A stretch of 64,000 bases of DNA from Myxococcota bacterium (GTDB taxonomy: Bacteria > Myxococcota_A > Polyangia > Nannocystales > Nannocystaceae), in contig JBCCHT010000007.1 in the NCBI GenBank assembly GCA_039028615.1, forward strand, positions 160,001-224,000. The letters run 5' to 3'. The position numbers and the translations under genes were made by a program. This document shows, piece after piece, positions 10,917 to 20,852 of the stretch; position 1 is the first letter of the stretch, and each line of letters opens with the position of its first letter. The notes beneath the pieces are model-generated. The model saw nothing but the letters and a program-made list of their open reading frames with translations, had not been told where the DNA came from and did no database searches.

Positions 10917-11699
10917 GTGCCCGGACCCGACGACGCGATCGTACTCGAACACGTCAGCAAGGCCTTTGGCAGCCACACGGTGCTCGACGACATCAGCCTC
11001 ACGGTGAAAAAGGGCTCCATCACCGTGCTGCTGGGGCCCTCGGGCACGGGCAAGTCGGTGCTGCTGCGCATCCTGGTCGGGCTTTTGCGCCCCGACAGCG
11101 GCCGGGTGTTCGTGGGCGACCAGGACATCGCCGCCCTCGACGAGAGCCGCCATCGCGACCGCAAGAAGCTGTTCCAGGTGCGTCGCAAGTTCGGGATGCT
11201 CTTTCAAGACGGCGCGCTCTTCGACGACATGAACGTCGCGGACAACGTCGCCTTCCCGATGCGCATGCACACCAAGATGCGCGAGGCGGAGATCCAGGCC
11301 AAGGTCGCCGACAAGCTGGCGCGGGTCGGCCTGCCCGGCTCCGAGCACAAGTTCCCCTCCGAGCTTTCGGGCGGCATGCGCAAGCGCGTGGCCTTCGCCC
11401 GGGCCATCGCGCTCGAGCCCGAGATCGTGCTGTGCGACGAGCCCAGCTCCGGCCTCGACCCGGTGATGTCCGCCACCCTCGACGAGCTCATCATGGAGAT
11501 GCACCGCACCCTGGGCATCTCCTTCATCGTCATCTCTCACGACACCGCGGAAGCCCGCACCATCGCCGATACCATCGGGATGCTGGCGGGGGGCAAGCTC
11601 GTGGCCTACGGGCCCAAGGATCAGCTCGAGCACGACTGCCACCCCGCGCTACGCCAATTCTTCGACCGGGCCACCGAAGGTCCGATCCAGGTCGTCTGA
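10917..11699 (+). CDS. mlaF: ABC ATPase, MlaF/Mkl family
   Basis: GPSGTGKS, GMLFQDGALFD, PSELSGGMRKRVAFARA, DEPSSGLDP; directly upstream of an MCE gene. Confidence 0.88.
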   Translation: MPGPDDAIVLEHVSKAFGSHTVLDDISLTVKKGSITVLLGPSGTGKSVLLRILVGLLRPDSGRVFVGDQDIAALDESRHRDRKKLFQVRRKFGMLFQDGALFDDMNVADNVAFPMRMHTKMREAEIQAKVADKLARVGLPGSEHKFPSELSGGMRKRVAFARAIALEPEIVLCDEPSSGLDPVMSATLDELIMEMHRTLGISFIVISHDTAEARTIADTIGMLAGGKLVAYGPKDQLEHDCHPALRQFFDRATEGPIQVV

Positions 11700-11700
11700 T

Positions 11701-12735
11701 ATGAACCGCACCCACATCGGGCTGGGCATCTTCGTGCTCGGCACTCTCGGCTTGCTCATCTGGCTCGCGCAGGGCATCGGCGCCCTCGGCAGCGGCGACG
11801 GCGTGCGCTACGAGGTTCGCCTGGAGCACGCGGCCGGCCTGGTCACCAACAACGCGGTCAAGATCGCGGGCGTCGAGGTCGGCAAGATCGAGAAGATCGG
11901 CATCGACCACGACATCGCCGTGCTCACCCTCAAGGTGGACGAAGAGATCGTGCTGCACGACGACGCGGTCGCGATCGTGCGGGCCAAGAGCCTGCTGGGT
12001 GAGAAGTACCTGCAGCTGGAGCCCGGCGACCGCCAGAGCCCCGTGCTGGAGCCCGGCTCCGAGATCGTCAACATCAAGACTCACTTCGAGATCGACCAGG
12101 TGCTCAACGCCCTGCAGCCCCTGCTGGGCGGCGACGAGTCCATCGCCGGGGTGCTGGGGCCGCTGGCGGAGCGCATGGCCAAGCTCATGGACGACGCCAC
12201 GGGGGAGAACGGCAAGCCGCCCATCATCACCCGCGCCGACATCGATCAGCTCGTCGACGACGTGAAGACCACATCGGCCAGCGTCCGTCGCATGACGACC
12301 GAGAACGAGGAAGACCTGCGGGCCATCGTCAAGCGGACCCGTCGGCTCACCGAAGACCCTCGCATCGATCGCATGCTGACCCGCGGGGCGAGCCTCACCG
12401 TCACCCTCGACGATCGACTGCCCGACCTGCTCGATCGCGTCGACCGCTCGCTGGCCAAGCTGGAGAAGCTCGCCGACGTGGTCGACGAAGATCGGGCCGC
12501 GAAGATCGGCACCATCATCGACGACGCCACCGTGGCCATGGCCAACCTGCGCACGCTGTCCAAGGACTTGCAGGGGCTGGGCTCGACCATCGAGCCGCTC
12601 GTCGAAGACATCGCCGCGCTGACCAAGCGCGCCCTGTCGCTCGACGGTCCGACCATCCGCCAGTTCATGCAGAAGGAAGGCGTGAAGGTCTACTTCGGCA
12701 CCAAGGGCGAAGCGGCCAAGGCCATGCGCCCGTGA
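11701..12735 (+). CDS. mlaD: MCE/MlaD family protein with long helical C-terminus
   Basis: N-terminal TM; AAGLVTNNAVKIAGVEVGKI and SLLGEKYLQLEPG MCE motifs. Confidence 0.85.
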   Translation: MNRTHIGLGIFVLGTLGLLIWLAQGIGALGSGDGVRYEVRLEHAAGLVTNNAVKIAGVEVGKIEKIGIDHDIAVLTLKVDEEIVLHDDAVAIVRAKSLLGEKYLQLEPGDRQSPVLEPGSEIVNIKTHFEIDQVLNALQPLLGGDESIAGVLGPLAERMAKLMDDATGENGKPPIITRADIDQLVDDVKTTSASVRRMTTENEEDLRAIVKRTRRLTEDPRIDRMLTRGASLTVTLDDRLPDLLDRVDRSLAKLEKLADVVDEDRAAKIGTIIDDATVAMANLRTLSKDLQGLGSTIEPLVEDIAALTKRALSLDGPTIRQFMQKEGVKVYFGTKGEAAKAMRP

Positions 12736-12902
12736 GCGCTTCGCCGCGCGAGTACTGACAGTTCGAAGTACTCGAGCGCGCCGATGAGCGCAGCGGCGAG
12801 CGGCTTCGCGACCGGTCCAGCGGCCGGCCATCGTTCCTCAGGGAAACCCTGTCCCAAAGCCGCTCCATGCGGTAACTCGCGGCCTTTTGGTCATTGTTAT
12901 CA

Positions 12903-12925
12903 GTGTTTTCTGTTTCTCAAAACAC
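12903..12925. promoter_or_regulatory. Inverted repeat GTGTTTT-N9-AAAACAC, candidate operator
   Basis: Perfect 7-bp arms in an AT-rich intergenic patch upstream of 13110. Confidence 0.4.
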
Positions 12926-13109
12926 AACGAGTGCAGTAGGTTGACGGCCAACGAACGCGGACATTGGGTCCCGTTCGACTCGGGTCGGCCTTCCCGATCT
13001 CGACCTCGATCCCGGCGATCGAGGTCGCGCACGGAGGGCCATGCGGAGCGTCGCGCCCACCGATCGAACCCATGGGGGAAGGGTCGCGACGGTCGAAAGA
13101 AGTGTGTCG

Positions 13110-15293
13110 ATGAAGCTACGTAGCCACCCAACCATCCGACTCGGTACTGCCCTGATGAGCCTGTCGCTCGCGCTCGCGTGCTCGGCCGACGGCACGGGCG
13201 AAGAGCTCGAGCTGCTGCAGGACGAGGGCAGCTCGGACGGTGCTCGACCGGAGGGTCCCGACACGCTGACCGCCGACCCCGATGCCGTCAAGCGAGTCGC
13301 GGGCTTCGACGTGACCATCGCCGAGGCGGGTGCGGACATCAGCCTCAGCTGGGGTGGCCTGGGCGCGGGCTTCGACTACGACGTGTGGCGTTCGACCAGC
13401 CCCTACTTCTCGCCGGGAGATCCGGGGTCGACGATGCTCGCGGGCGCCCTGGTGGGCACCGCCTACACCGATGTGGGCGGCAACGACACCACGAGCTACT
13501 ACTACCGCGTCGAGGCCAGCGACGGCACCAACGACTACCAATCGACGCTGGTGGGCAAGTTCGTGCAACCGATGGTCGCGAGCGGGTGGACGCTGCTCGG
13601 CTTCCCCTTGCTGACCAACACCACCCTCGACGCGTCCACGTTGGTGGGCAGCATTCCGGGCGCCACCGAGGCGCTGCGCTGGTACCCCTTCGCCAACTAC
13701 GATCCCACCGACACGTTCCCCAACAACTTCGATTGGGACGCAGGCGAGGCGGTGGCCGTCAACGCGGGCGCGACCGGTCCGAGCACCTTCACCCAGGTCG
13801 GCTACGTCCCCGAGGACACCGACGTCGACCTGGTCTTGGACCCCAACGTGGCCCCGGGCTTCGACGCCAACGTCGTCACCGCCCCGCTTTCGATGGCGGC
13901 CATGACCACCACCGACCTGTTCGCGGCCGAGCCGACGATCTCGCGAATTCGCCAGTGGAACACCGCTACGCAGAGCTTCGACGACATCTACGCCAGCGGC
14001 TGGAGCCCGACGGGCAGCGTCCCCTTCACCATCGATCCGGGCCAGGGCGTGTGGCTGTACACCACCGCCGATACGGTCTGGCCGCTGTGCGAGAACGACC
14101 CCGCCTGGGGTGACCTGCTGTCGGTGGGCCCGACCACCGCGACCGCCCCGGGTGGCTTCTCGACGCTTCCCCCGGCGATGGCGATGGCCGAGGACGGCAG
14201 CTACGTCATCGCGTGGACCGACGAGACCGACTTCCGCGTCTGGGCGCAGCGCTTCGGAGCCGACGGCCTGCCGCTGGCCCCCGCCGCTGCGATGTCCGAC
14301 GTGGGGCAGTTCGTCAACGAGGGGCCGGCCGTCGCGATGGCGGCCGACGGCAGCTTCGTCGTCGCCTGGACGCCCACCAACCAGGGCACCTTTGCCACCT
14401 ACGCGCGGGTCTTCGATCCGGCCGGCGTCGCGACCACGCCCACCATCACCGCCAGCCCGCTGGGCACTCACTTCGTGACCGGCACGCCCTCGGTGGCGAT
14501 GGACGACGACGGTGACTTCGTCGTCACCTGGACCAAGGTGGGCACCTCGCCCTTCGCTCCCTTCTCGCAGCGCTTCGCCGCCGACGGTACGCCGCAGGGC
14601 ACCTTCTTCCAGGTCTCCGATCCCTCGGACTTCGTGACCGGCCAGACCGCCACCGCGATGGACGAAAACGGCGACTTCGTCGTCGCCTGGACCTCGGTGG
14701 GCGTGCCTCCCTTCGCCCCCTTCGTGCGGGTCTACGCCGCCGACGGCACCCCGCTCACCGGCCCCGTGCAGGTCAGCGACGTGGGCACCTTCTCCACCGA
14801 CGGCGCGGCGGTGGACATGGCCGCCGACGGCAGCTTCGTGGTCGGGTGGCGAGACGGCTCGGACTTCTTGATCCGTGCCCGCACCTACGACGCCACGGGC
14901 ACGGCCACCAGCCTGCCGATCCCCGTCAACCCGGTGGGGACCTTCGCGGGCGAGGACTTCGACGTCTTCGGCGACGGAGCACGGCCGAGCCAAGGCGTGG
15001 CGATGTTCGACGACGGCACCTTTGCCGTCACCTATCGCGCCTTCGACAACGGCGACGAGGATGCGTACCTGGCCCGCTTCGCTGCCAACGGCATACCGTT
15101 CATGGCCCCCGAGAACATCTCGCCCGTACCCGGTCAGTACTACTCGATCCCGCGCGTCGCGGCCGAGGGCTGCCGGGGCGACTTCGTCGTGGGCTGGGCG
15201 AACTGGCAGGCCCCCTTCGCTCCGCAGCACCTGCTCCAGCTGTCCGACGACGACTCCGACGGCACCGCGGATCAGTGCTGCTCGCTGCCCTAG
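13110..15293 (+). CDS. Large surface lipoprotein: Fn3-like N-terminus plus about 6 tandem ~55-aa repeats (probable beta-propeller)
   Basis: Lipobox LALAC; LSW...YDVWRS...YTD...YYYRV; repeats P.VAM..DG.FVV.W. Confidence 0.75.
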   Translation: MKLRSHPTIRLGTALMSLSLALACSADGTGEELELLQDEGSSDGARPEGPDTLTADPDAVKRVAGFDVTIAEAGADISLSWGGLGAGFDYDVWRSTSPYFSPGDPGSTMLAGALVGTAYTDVGGNDTTSYYYRVEASDGTNDYQSTLVGKFVQPMVASGWTLLGFPLLTNTTLDASTLVGSIPGATEALRWYPFANYDPTDTFPNNFDWDAGEAVAVNAGATGPSTFTQVGYVPEDTDVDLVLDPNVAPGFDANVVTAPLSMAAMTTTDLFAAEPTISRIRQWNTATQSFDDIYASGWSPTGSVPFTIDPGQGVWLYTTADTVWPLCENDPAWGDLLSVGPTTATAPGGFSTLPPAMAMAEDGSYVIAWTDETDFRVWAQRFGADGLPLAPAAAMSDVGQFVNEGPAVAMAADGSFVVAWTPTNQGTFATYARVFDPAGVATTPTITASPLGTHFVTGTPSVAMDDDGDFVVTWTKVGTSPFAPFSQRFAADGTPQGTFFQVSDPSDFVTGQTATAMDENGDFVVAWTSVGVPPFAPFVRVYAADGTPLTGPVQVSDVGTFSTDGAAVDMAADGSFVVGWRDGSDFLIRARTYDATGTATSLPIPVNPVGTFAGEDFDVFGDGARPSQGVAMFDDGTFAVTYRAFDNGDEDAYLARFAANGIPFMAPENISPVPGQYYSIPRVAAEGCRGDFVVGWANWQAPFAPQHLLQLSDDDSDGTADQCCSLP

Positions 15294-15355
15294 GCCGCGG
15301 CTCGTAGACACCGAAGCCTCGCCCATCGCTCGCCCAGTCGGGATAGACTGCGGGG

Positions 15356-18154
15356 GTGGGCGGGGATTCGCAGAGCAATGACGACATCACGCGGGTCCTG
15401 GGAGATTCCGCCCCCGCCCTCCTCGCGACCGAGCTCCCCCAAGGGGCGACCTTCGGTCGCTATGTCGTGGTTCGCAAGCTCGGGGCCGGGGGGATGGGCG
15501 TCGTCTACCTCGCCTACGATCCCAACCTCGACCGCGCCGTCGCCCTGAAGGTGTTGCACGCGGGCGGCAGCCGAGGCGACCGGGGCGCGGCGCAGCAGCG
15601 GTTGCTGCGAGAGGCCCAAGTGATGGCTCAGCTGTCGCACCCGAACCTCGTGCCCGTCTACGACGTCGGTACCTTGGACGAGCACGTGTTCGTCGCGATG
15701 GAATTCATCGAGGGTGGCACCTTGTCGCAGTGGTCGCGCACCGAGACGCGGCCCTGGGCGCAGGTCCTCGAGATCTTCATCGGGGCGGGGCAAGGGCTGG
15801 CCGCGGCCCACGACGCGGGCGTGATTCACCGCGACTTCAAGCCCGACAACGTGATGGTCGACCGCAAGGAGCGGGCCCGGGTCATGGACTTCGGGCTCGC
15901 GCGCGCGACGGAGCCCGGCTCGCCGAGCGACGACGCCGCCACGGGTCGCATGGTGCGGCCAGACTCCGACTCGAGCGACTCGCTGGCGAGCATCTCGGTG
16001 TCCACCGCGGACTCGCTGACCAAGACGGGCATCGTGCTCGGGACCCCGGCCTATATGGCACCCGAGCAACACATGGGCGAACCACTCGACTTCGCCGCCG
16101 ACCAGTTCAGCTTCAGCGTCGCGCTGTACGAAGCGCTCTACGGTGAGCGGCCCTTCGCGGGCAACACCGCCGCCAAGCTGTGCCGCGCGATCCTCGACGA
16201 GCAGCTCCAGCCGCCGCCCGCCGGCCGGGAGGTTCCCAAGGGTCTACGTCAGATCATCGTGCGGGGCCTGGCCCCGAACCCCGCCCACCGCTGGCCTTCG
16301 ATGACCGCGATGCTCGACGCTCTGGTCCAGCGCCAGCAACGGGCTCGTCGGCTCCGCAGCAACCTTCCCGCCGTGGTCTTGCTGGGGGGTCTCGCCGGAG
16401 GGAGCGTGTGGTGGCAGGCCCAGCGGGAGCAGCCCTGCCAAGGCAGCGAAGCTGCGCTGGCCGAGCTATGGAACGATCAGGAGCGCCAGCGACTTCGGTC
16501 CGCGTTCGAGGCGACCGAGGTCCCCTACGCGCCCCAGGCGGCCGAGCGCACCACCGCGCGCATCGATCGATGGGGCGAGCAATGGGTCACCCACCGTCGC
16601 GACGCATGCGAAGCCACGCACGTCCGCCACGAGCAATCGGATACCGCCCTCGACCTTCGCATGCACTGCCTCGCCGGACGCAAGCGAGCGCTCGAGGGGC
16701 TGCTGAGCGTGCTGCACTCGGCCGAGGCCGGCACGGTCGAGCATGCGATCTCCATCGTCGAGCAGCTGCCCGGCCCCGAGCACTGCGACGACCTCGAAGC
16801 GCTTCGATCCGAGCTGCCTCCCCCCGAAGATCTCGAGCTGCGCGAGCGGGTGAACCGAAGCCTCGTCGAGCTGGGAGAGGTCGGCGCGCTGATCGGCGCC
16901 GCGCGATACCCCGAGGCCCGGACCGCCATCGACGAGCTCGATCGCAAGGTCGCCGACATCGACTATCCCCCGCTGAGGGTCGCCCTCGGGATGGAGCAGG
17001 GCATCCTGCTGCACTCCGAAGGCGAGAGCGAGAAGGCGATCGAGCTGTTCCGGGACACGCTGTGGGCCGCCGAGGCCGGGGGCATGGACCGCACGGTGGC
17101 CGAGCTCGCGCTCAAGCTCGTGCTCGTGCTGGGTCACGAGCGCGACGAGTTCGACCGCGCCGAGAGCTGGGTGACGATGGCTCGAGCCAAGCTCGAGCGC
17201 ATCGGCAATCCCCCCAAGATTCTCGCTCGGCTCGACCGCATGCTGGGCAATCTCGCGGACGCGAAGGGCGACTACGAAGTGGCGGCCACCCACTTCGAGG
17301 CCGCCCTCGCCTACTGGCAGAGCCTCGACCCTCCCAGCGTGCTCCGAGCGCGAGCGCTGGGCGACTACGGCAAGGTGCACTTCAGAGCGGGGCGCATGAA
17401 GGAGGCCGCCGCGACCTTCGAGCGCGCGGCCGAGCTCATGGCGGAGGTGCTGGGCCCCGAACACCCCGACGTGGGGAAGACCCTGTCCAATGCCGCCGTC
17501 GCCCACCATCGAATGGGCGACTACGACCGGGCTCGGGCCACCTTCGAGCGCACCATCGAGGTCCTGCAGGCCGCCCAGGGCCCCGACCACATCTCGTTGG
17601 CCGGCATCTACACCAACCTCGCGGGCGTGCACTATCGGCTCGAGAACTACCAAGAGGCCATCGATGCGGGGCGTCGCTCCGTCGCGATCAAGCGCGCTCG
17701 GCTCGGGCCCGAGCACCCCAAGATCGGGCTGAGCGTCAACAACATCGCCTTGGCCCAGAGCAAGCTCGGCGACCACGAGTCGGCGCTCGCCAGCTACCGC
17801 GAAGCCTCGGCCTTGCTCGCCAGGCTCGGCCCCGAGCACGTCTCTCTCATCGAGCCGCTCATCGGTGAAGGCGAAGAACTCCTCCACCTGGGCCGGGCCC
17901 ACGACGCGATCGCGCCGCTCGAGAAGGCCTTTGCGCTGCAGCAGACCAACGACCACGAGCCCGTCCGCCTCGCCCTGCCCGCCTACATGCTGGCGCGCGC
18001 GCTATGGGACGGCGGCGGTGACCAGGCTCGAGCCGTGGCCGTCGCTCGTCGGGCCGCGGAAGCCTCCCGCGACGCGACGATGCCCGAAGATCGCCGCCTC
18101 GCCGAGCGCATCGAGACCTGGCTCGGCGAGAAGGCACCCGCGGACTCGCCGTAG
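15356..18154 (+). CDS. Hanks-type Ser/Thr kinase with TM helix and C-terminal TPR array
   Basis: LGAGGMGVVY, VALK, HRDFKPDN, DFG, GTPAYMAPE; TM near LPAVVLLGGLAGGSVWW; repeats LGPEHPDV/GPDHI/LGPEHPKI. Confidence 0.93.
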   Translation: MGGDSQSNDDITRVLGDSAPALLATELPQGATFGRYVVVRKLGAGGMGVVYLAYDPNLDRAVALKVLHAGGSRGDRGAAQQRLLREAQVMAQLSHPNLVPVYDVGTLDEHVFVAMEFIEGGTLSQWSRTETRPWAQVLEIFIGAGQGLAAAHDAGVIHRDFKPDNVMVDRKERARVMDFGLARATEPGSPSDDAATGRMVRPDSDSSDSLASISVSTADSLTKTGIVLGTPAYMAPEQHMGEPLDFAADQFSFSVALYEALYGERPFAGNTAAKLCRAILDEQLQPPPAGREVPKGLRQIIVRGLAPNPAHRWPSMTAMLDALVQRQQRARRLRSNLPAVVLLGGLAGGSVWWQAQREQPCQGSEAALAELWNDQERQRLRSAFEATEVPYAPQAAERTTARIDRWGEQWVTHRRDACEATHVRHEQSDTALDLRMHCLAGRKRALEGLLSVLHSAEAGTVEHAISIVEQLPGPEHCDDLEALRSELPPPEDLELRERVNRSLVELGEVGALIGAARYPEARTAIDELDRKVADIDYPPLRVALGMEQGILLHSEGESEKAIELFRDTLWAAEAGGMDRTVAELALKLVLVLGHERDEFDRAESWVTMARAKLERIGNPPKILARLDRMLGNLADAKGDYEVAATHFEAALAYWQSLDPPSVLRARALGDYGKVHFRAGRMKEAAATFERAAELMAEVLGPEHPDVGKTLSNAAVAHHRMGDYDRARATFERTIEVLQAAQGPDHISLAGIYTNLAGVHYRLENYQEAIDAGRRSVAIKRARLGPEHPKIGLSVNNIALAQSKLGDHESALASYREASALLARLGPEHVSLIEPLIGEGEELLHLGRAHDAIAPLEKAFALQQTNDHEPVRLALPAYMLARALWDGGGDQARAVAVARRAAEASRDATMPEDRRLAERIETWLGEKAPADSP

Positions 18155-19711
18155 TCAGCGAGCGTAGGGCGGGCCGGGTGGCGGCCCGAGCCCACCGGGC
18201 GGCGGCATGCCGGGCGGAGCCACGCCGGGCGGCGGTCCGAGGCCCCCGGGCGGAGGCATGCCGACTGCGCCGGGCACCCCCGCGGGCTGGCGCCGCGGTC
18301 CTCCGCGGTCGTCCTCGGCCTGCTGCCGCATGATGGCCGCGACCAAGCCCGCCAACGCCCCCGCGTACACGAAGGGCAGCTTCGTGAACGACGAGTTGGG
18401 TAACAGATCGGCCGCGTTGATCGCCGCGGTGAGAGCCATCGCCCCCATGAGGATTCGGTCCGTCGGATCACGCACCTTCCCCAGCTTCCGCCATGCGGCC
18501 AAGATCGAGAACGACGCCATCCAGAACCAACCAATGACGCCCAGGCCACCGCGCATGCTGTAGTGGATGGCCCACTCTCCGTCGGTCACCGAGATGTCCT
18601 TGCCAGAGTCGGGGTCGTACTTGCGGTTGCGCCCGTACGACCCCCAGCCCCATATCGGCTTTTCCCGGGTGTGTTCGATGAGGATGTCTTCGTTCTCGAA
18701 GCGGAACGCGAGCGAACCCGCCCGGTCCTCGCTGTAGCTCTCCGCCAGCTCGATGATGTCGTCCACGGGGAACCACCCCTGGGCGCGAGTGAGCGGGAAC
18801 GACAAGAAGATCATCGCCAGCACGAACGCAGCGCGCATCATCATCTTGGCCGAAGTGAACAGGAACACGGGGATGACCCCGGCCGCATAGACGACCACGG
18901 CCACGTTCCGTGAGACGGACAGCGCGAACAGAATGATCCCGGTAGCCATCGCCCCGGAGATCTGGGGTGTGATCTTCTCCTTGATGCGGTGCATGGTCAT
19001 CGCGCCGCACAGTCCGATGAATTCGAACATGGCGACGCCCAGACCGCTCTGCATGAACACGGTGGGCTTGTAGCCGTCGCCTCGCATGTTATGGGCGAAG
19101 CCGGTGGCGTGATAGCCGTACAGCTGCCGATGCAGCTGGGGACTCATGATCCCTTCCCACAACATCGCCGGCACGTAGACCAGGCAGCCGATCACGAAAC
19201 CACGGAGGAACAAAATGGCCTCCTCGCGGCTCTGGATCAGCATCTGCCCCACGGCAAAGGGCGCCACGAAGGTGATGAAGTCGGTGATCGACATCGCGAT
19301 CATCTCCTTCTGCGGCAGCGGCGGGACGATGACGATGGGATAGACCGGACCCCCGGGCCACGCCTCCTTGCCTCCCCACATGAAGCTCTCGGGGTTGGTC
19401 AGCGCGGTACCGAAATTGCCTACGACCAATATGAAGAAGAACGATTGGATGCCCCGTAGAAGGCGCATCTTCTCGAAGCGACTCTTGGCCGTCATGTACA
19501 GCCCCACGAACGCGCACGCGGGCGCGATCAGGTGCTTGTCCATGGCCGGGAGGATCGGCGGGTCGAAGGCCGCCTTCTCGGGCAGCAGCATCGTCCCCCA
19601 GATGACGACGATGAACGCCGCCTTCCGAGGCTTGTGCTGCGCAAAAATTATCGCCGTGATCGGTATGAACAGGAACAGGATGAAATGCGCAAATGGTCCT
19701 GGGATCCGCAC
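18155..19711 (-). CDS. O-antigen ligase/Wzy-like polysaccharide polymerase with Pro/Gly-rich tail
   Basis: About 11 TMs; large loop RAGSLAFRFENE...KPIWGWGSYGR...TDGEW resembling Wzy_C. Start GTG 19711 or TTG 19738. Confidence 0.72.
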   Translation of the reverse strand: MRIPGPFAHFILFLFIPITAIIFAQHKPRKAAFIVVIWGTMLLPEKAAFDPPILPAMDKHLIAPACAFVGLYMTAKSRFEKMRLLRGIQSFFFILVVGNFGTALTNPESFMWGGKEAWPGGPVYPIVIVPPLPQKEMIAMSITDFITFVAPFAVGQMLIQSREEAILFLRGFVIGCLVYVPAMLWEGIMSPQLHRQLYGYHATGFAHNMRGDGYKPTVFMQSGLGVAMFEFIGLCGAMTMHRIKEKITPQISGAMATGIILFALSVSRNVAVVVYAAGVIPVFLFTSAKMMMRAAFVLAMIFLSFPLTRAQGWFPVDDIIELAESYSEDRAGSLAFRFENEDILIEHTREKPIWGWGSYGRNRKYDPDSGKDISVTDGEWAIHYSMRGGLGVIGWFWMASFSILAAWRKLGKVRDPTDRILMGAMALTAAINAADLLPNSSFTKLPFVYAGALAGLVAAIMRQQAEDDRGGPRRQPAGVPGAVGMPPPGGLGPPPGVAPPGMPPPGGLGPPPGPPYAR

Positions 19712-19802
19712 GGTGCGACCAACCCCATCATAGTCCAAGCGCTGCGAGACGACGAGGCCCGCGAACGCTGCGCCGCCTCGTGGCCCGACGGAGCCGCTTG
19801 GC

Positions 19803-20645
19803 TCAGCTCTTGCGGAAGATGAGGATATTGCCCATCGCGGGGCCGGCGAGGCCGACCTTGTCGAGCCACATCTCGTTACCGACCTGAATGGCCCGCTTGG
19901 CCGCGTCGACGGGCACCGAGGTGTAAAGCTCGGTCAGCTGCCCGGCAAAGCGCTCCTCCAGCGTCATGCCCTGCTCGGCCATGAACCGTGTCAGGAAATC
20001 CATGTCGGTCATGCGGACCAACATCTCGCCACCGGGTTTTTGATACCAGCTCTCGATGCCCCGGGCGGTGCGCTTGCGGGTCGGAACCTGCCGGCCGAGC
20101 ACCGTCTTGATCAGGCGTAGCATGGGCTCCCACACCTGGACATGCAGGGACTGCATGTTGTTCTCCATGATGACGAGCTTGCCCCCGGGCGCGGTGACCC
20201 GAGCGAGTTCCCGCAGCGCCTGCTCGAGGTTGGGGATGTGCATGAGCACGCCCCAGCAGCTGACGTAGTCCCACGAGCCGTCTTCGAAGGACAGATCGAG
20301 CAGGTTGCCCTGGCGGAGTTCGATCTCCCCGGCCATGCCCTGCTTGGCGAGATAGTCGCGGGCTTGCGCCAGCGCGGACTCGGAGAAGTCGACGCCGGTC
20401 ACATTGAAGCCGCGACGAGCCAGGCGCACCGCGTGAAAGCAGTAGCCGCAGCCGGCGTCGAGGAGTCGAGCGCCCCGCGGGGCATGCAGACGCCGAACGA
20501 TCTCGTCGTAGGCGCGATCGTAGAAGCGATCCATTTGAGGCGAGAGGTACTGGCCCTCCCACTCCTCGTGGATCTCGTCGCGGTGCAATACGGTGTCCGA
20601 GACCGCCTCCGTGCTCACGCGCCCCTTGTTCTCGCCGTCTGACAT
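19803..20645 (-). CDS. Class I SAM-dependent methyltransferase
   Basis: LLDAGCGYC, VTGVDFS, VLMHI, RVTAPGG. Start ATG 20645. Confidence 0.88.
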   Translation of the reverse strand: MSDGENKGRVSTEAVSDTVLHRDEIHEEWEGQYLSPQMDRFYDRAYDEIVRRLHAPRGARLLDAGCGYCFHAVRLARRGFNVTGVDFSESALAQARDYLAKQGMAGEIELRQGNLLDLSFEDGSWDYVSCWGVLMHIPNLEQALRELARVTAPGGKLVIMENNMQSLHVQVWEPMLRLIKTVLGRQVPTRKRTARGIESWYQKPGGEMLVRMTDMDFLTRFMAEQGMTLEERFAGQLTELYTSVPVDAAKRAIQVGNEMWLDKVGLAGPAMGNILIFRKS

Positions 20646-20852
20646 CGCGGCAAGCATAGGCGAATTGGCTCCGAGTGTCCGCGCCCGCAGTCGTCCCGAA
20701 ACGAGGGTCTCCGTGCCCGTGATTCGCGGCGAAATCTGCCCGGCTCGGGTGCAATCGCGCTGGCGCTGCGACAACACCGCGCTCGGGATGAAATCGAAAC
20801 TCCGTTCGCCGAGCAAACGGGTATCGTGGGCGCCGAGGATGCGAGCCTTCTC

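Noticed and set aside
14150..15200. Possible CRISPR-like or non-coding repeats
   Set aside because: In-frame, degenerate protein repeats with no unique spacers.
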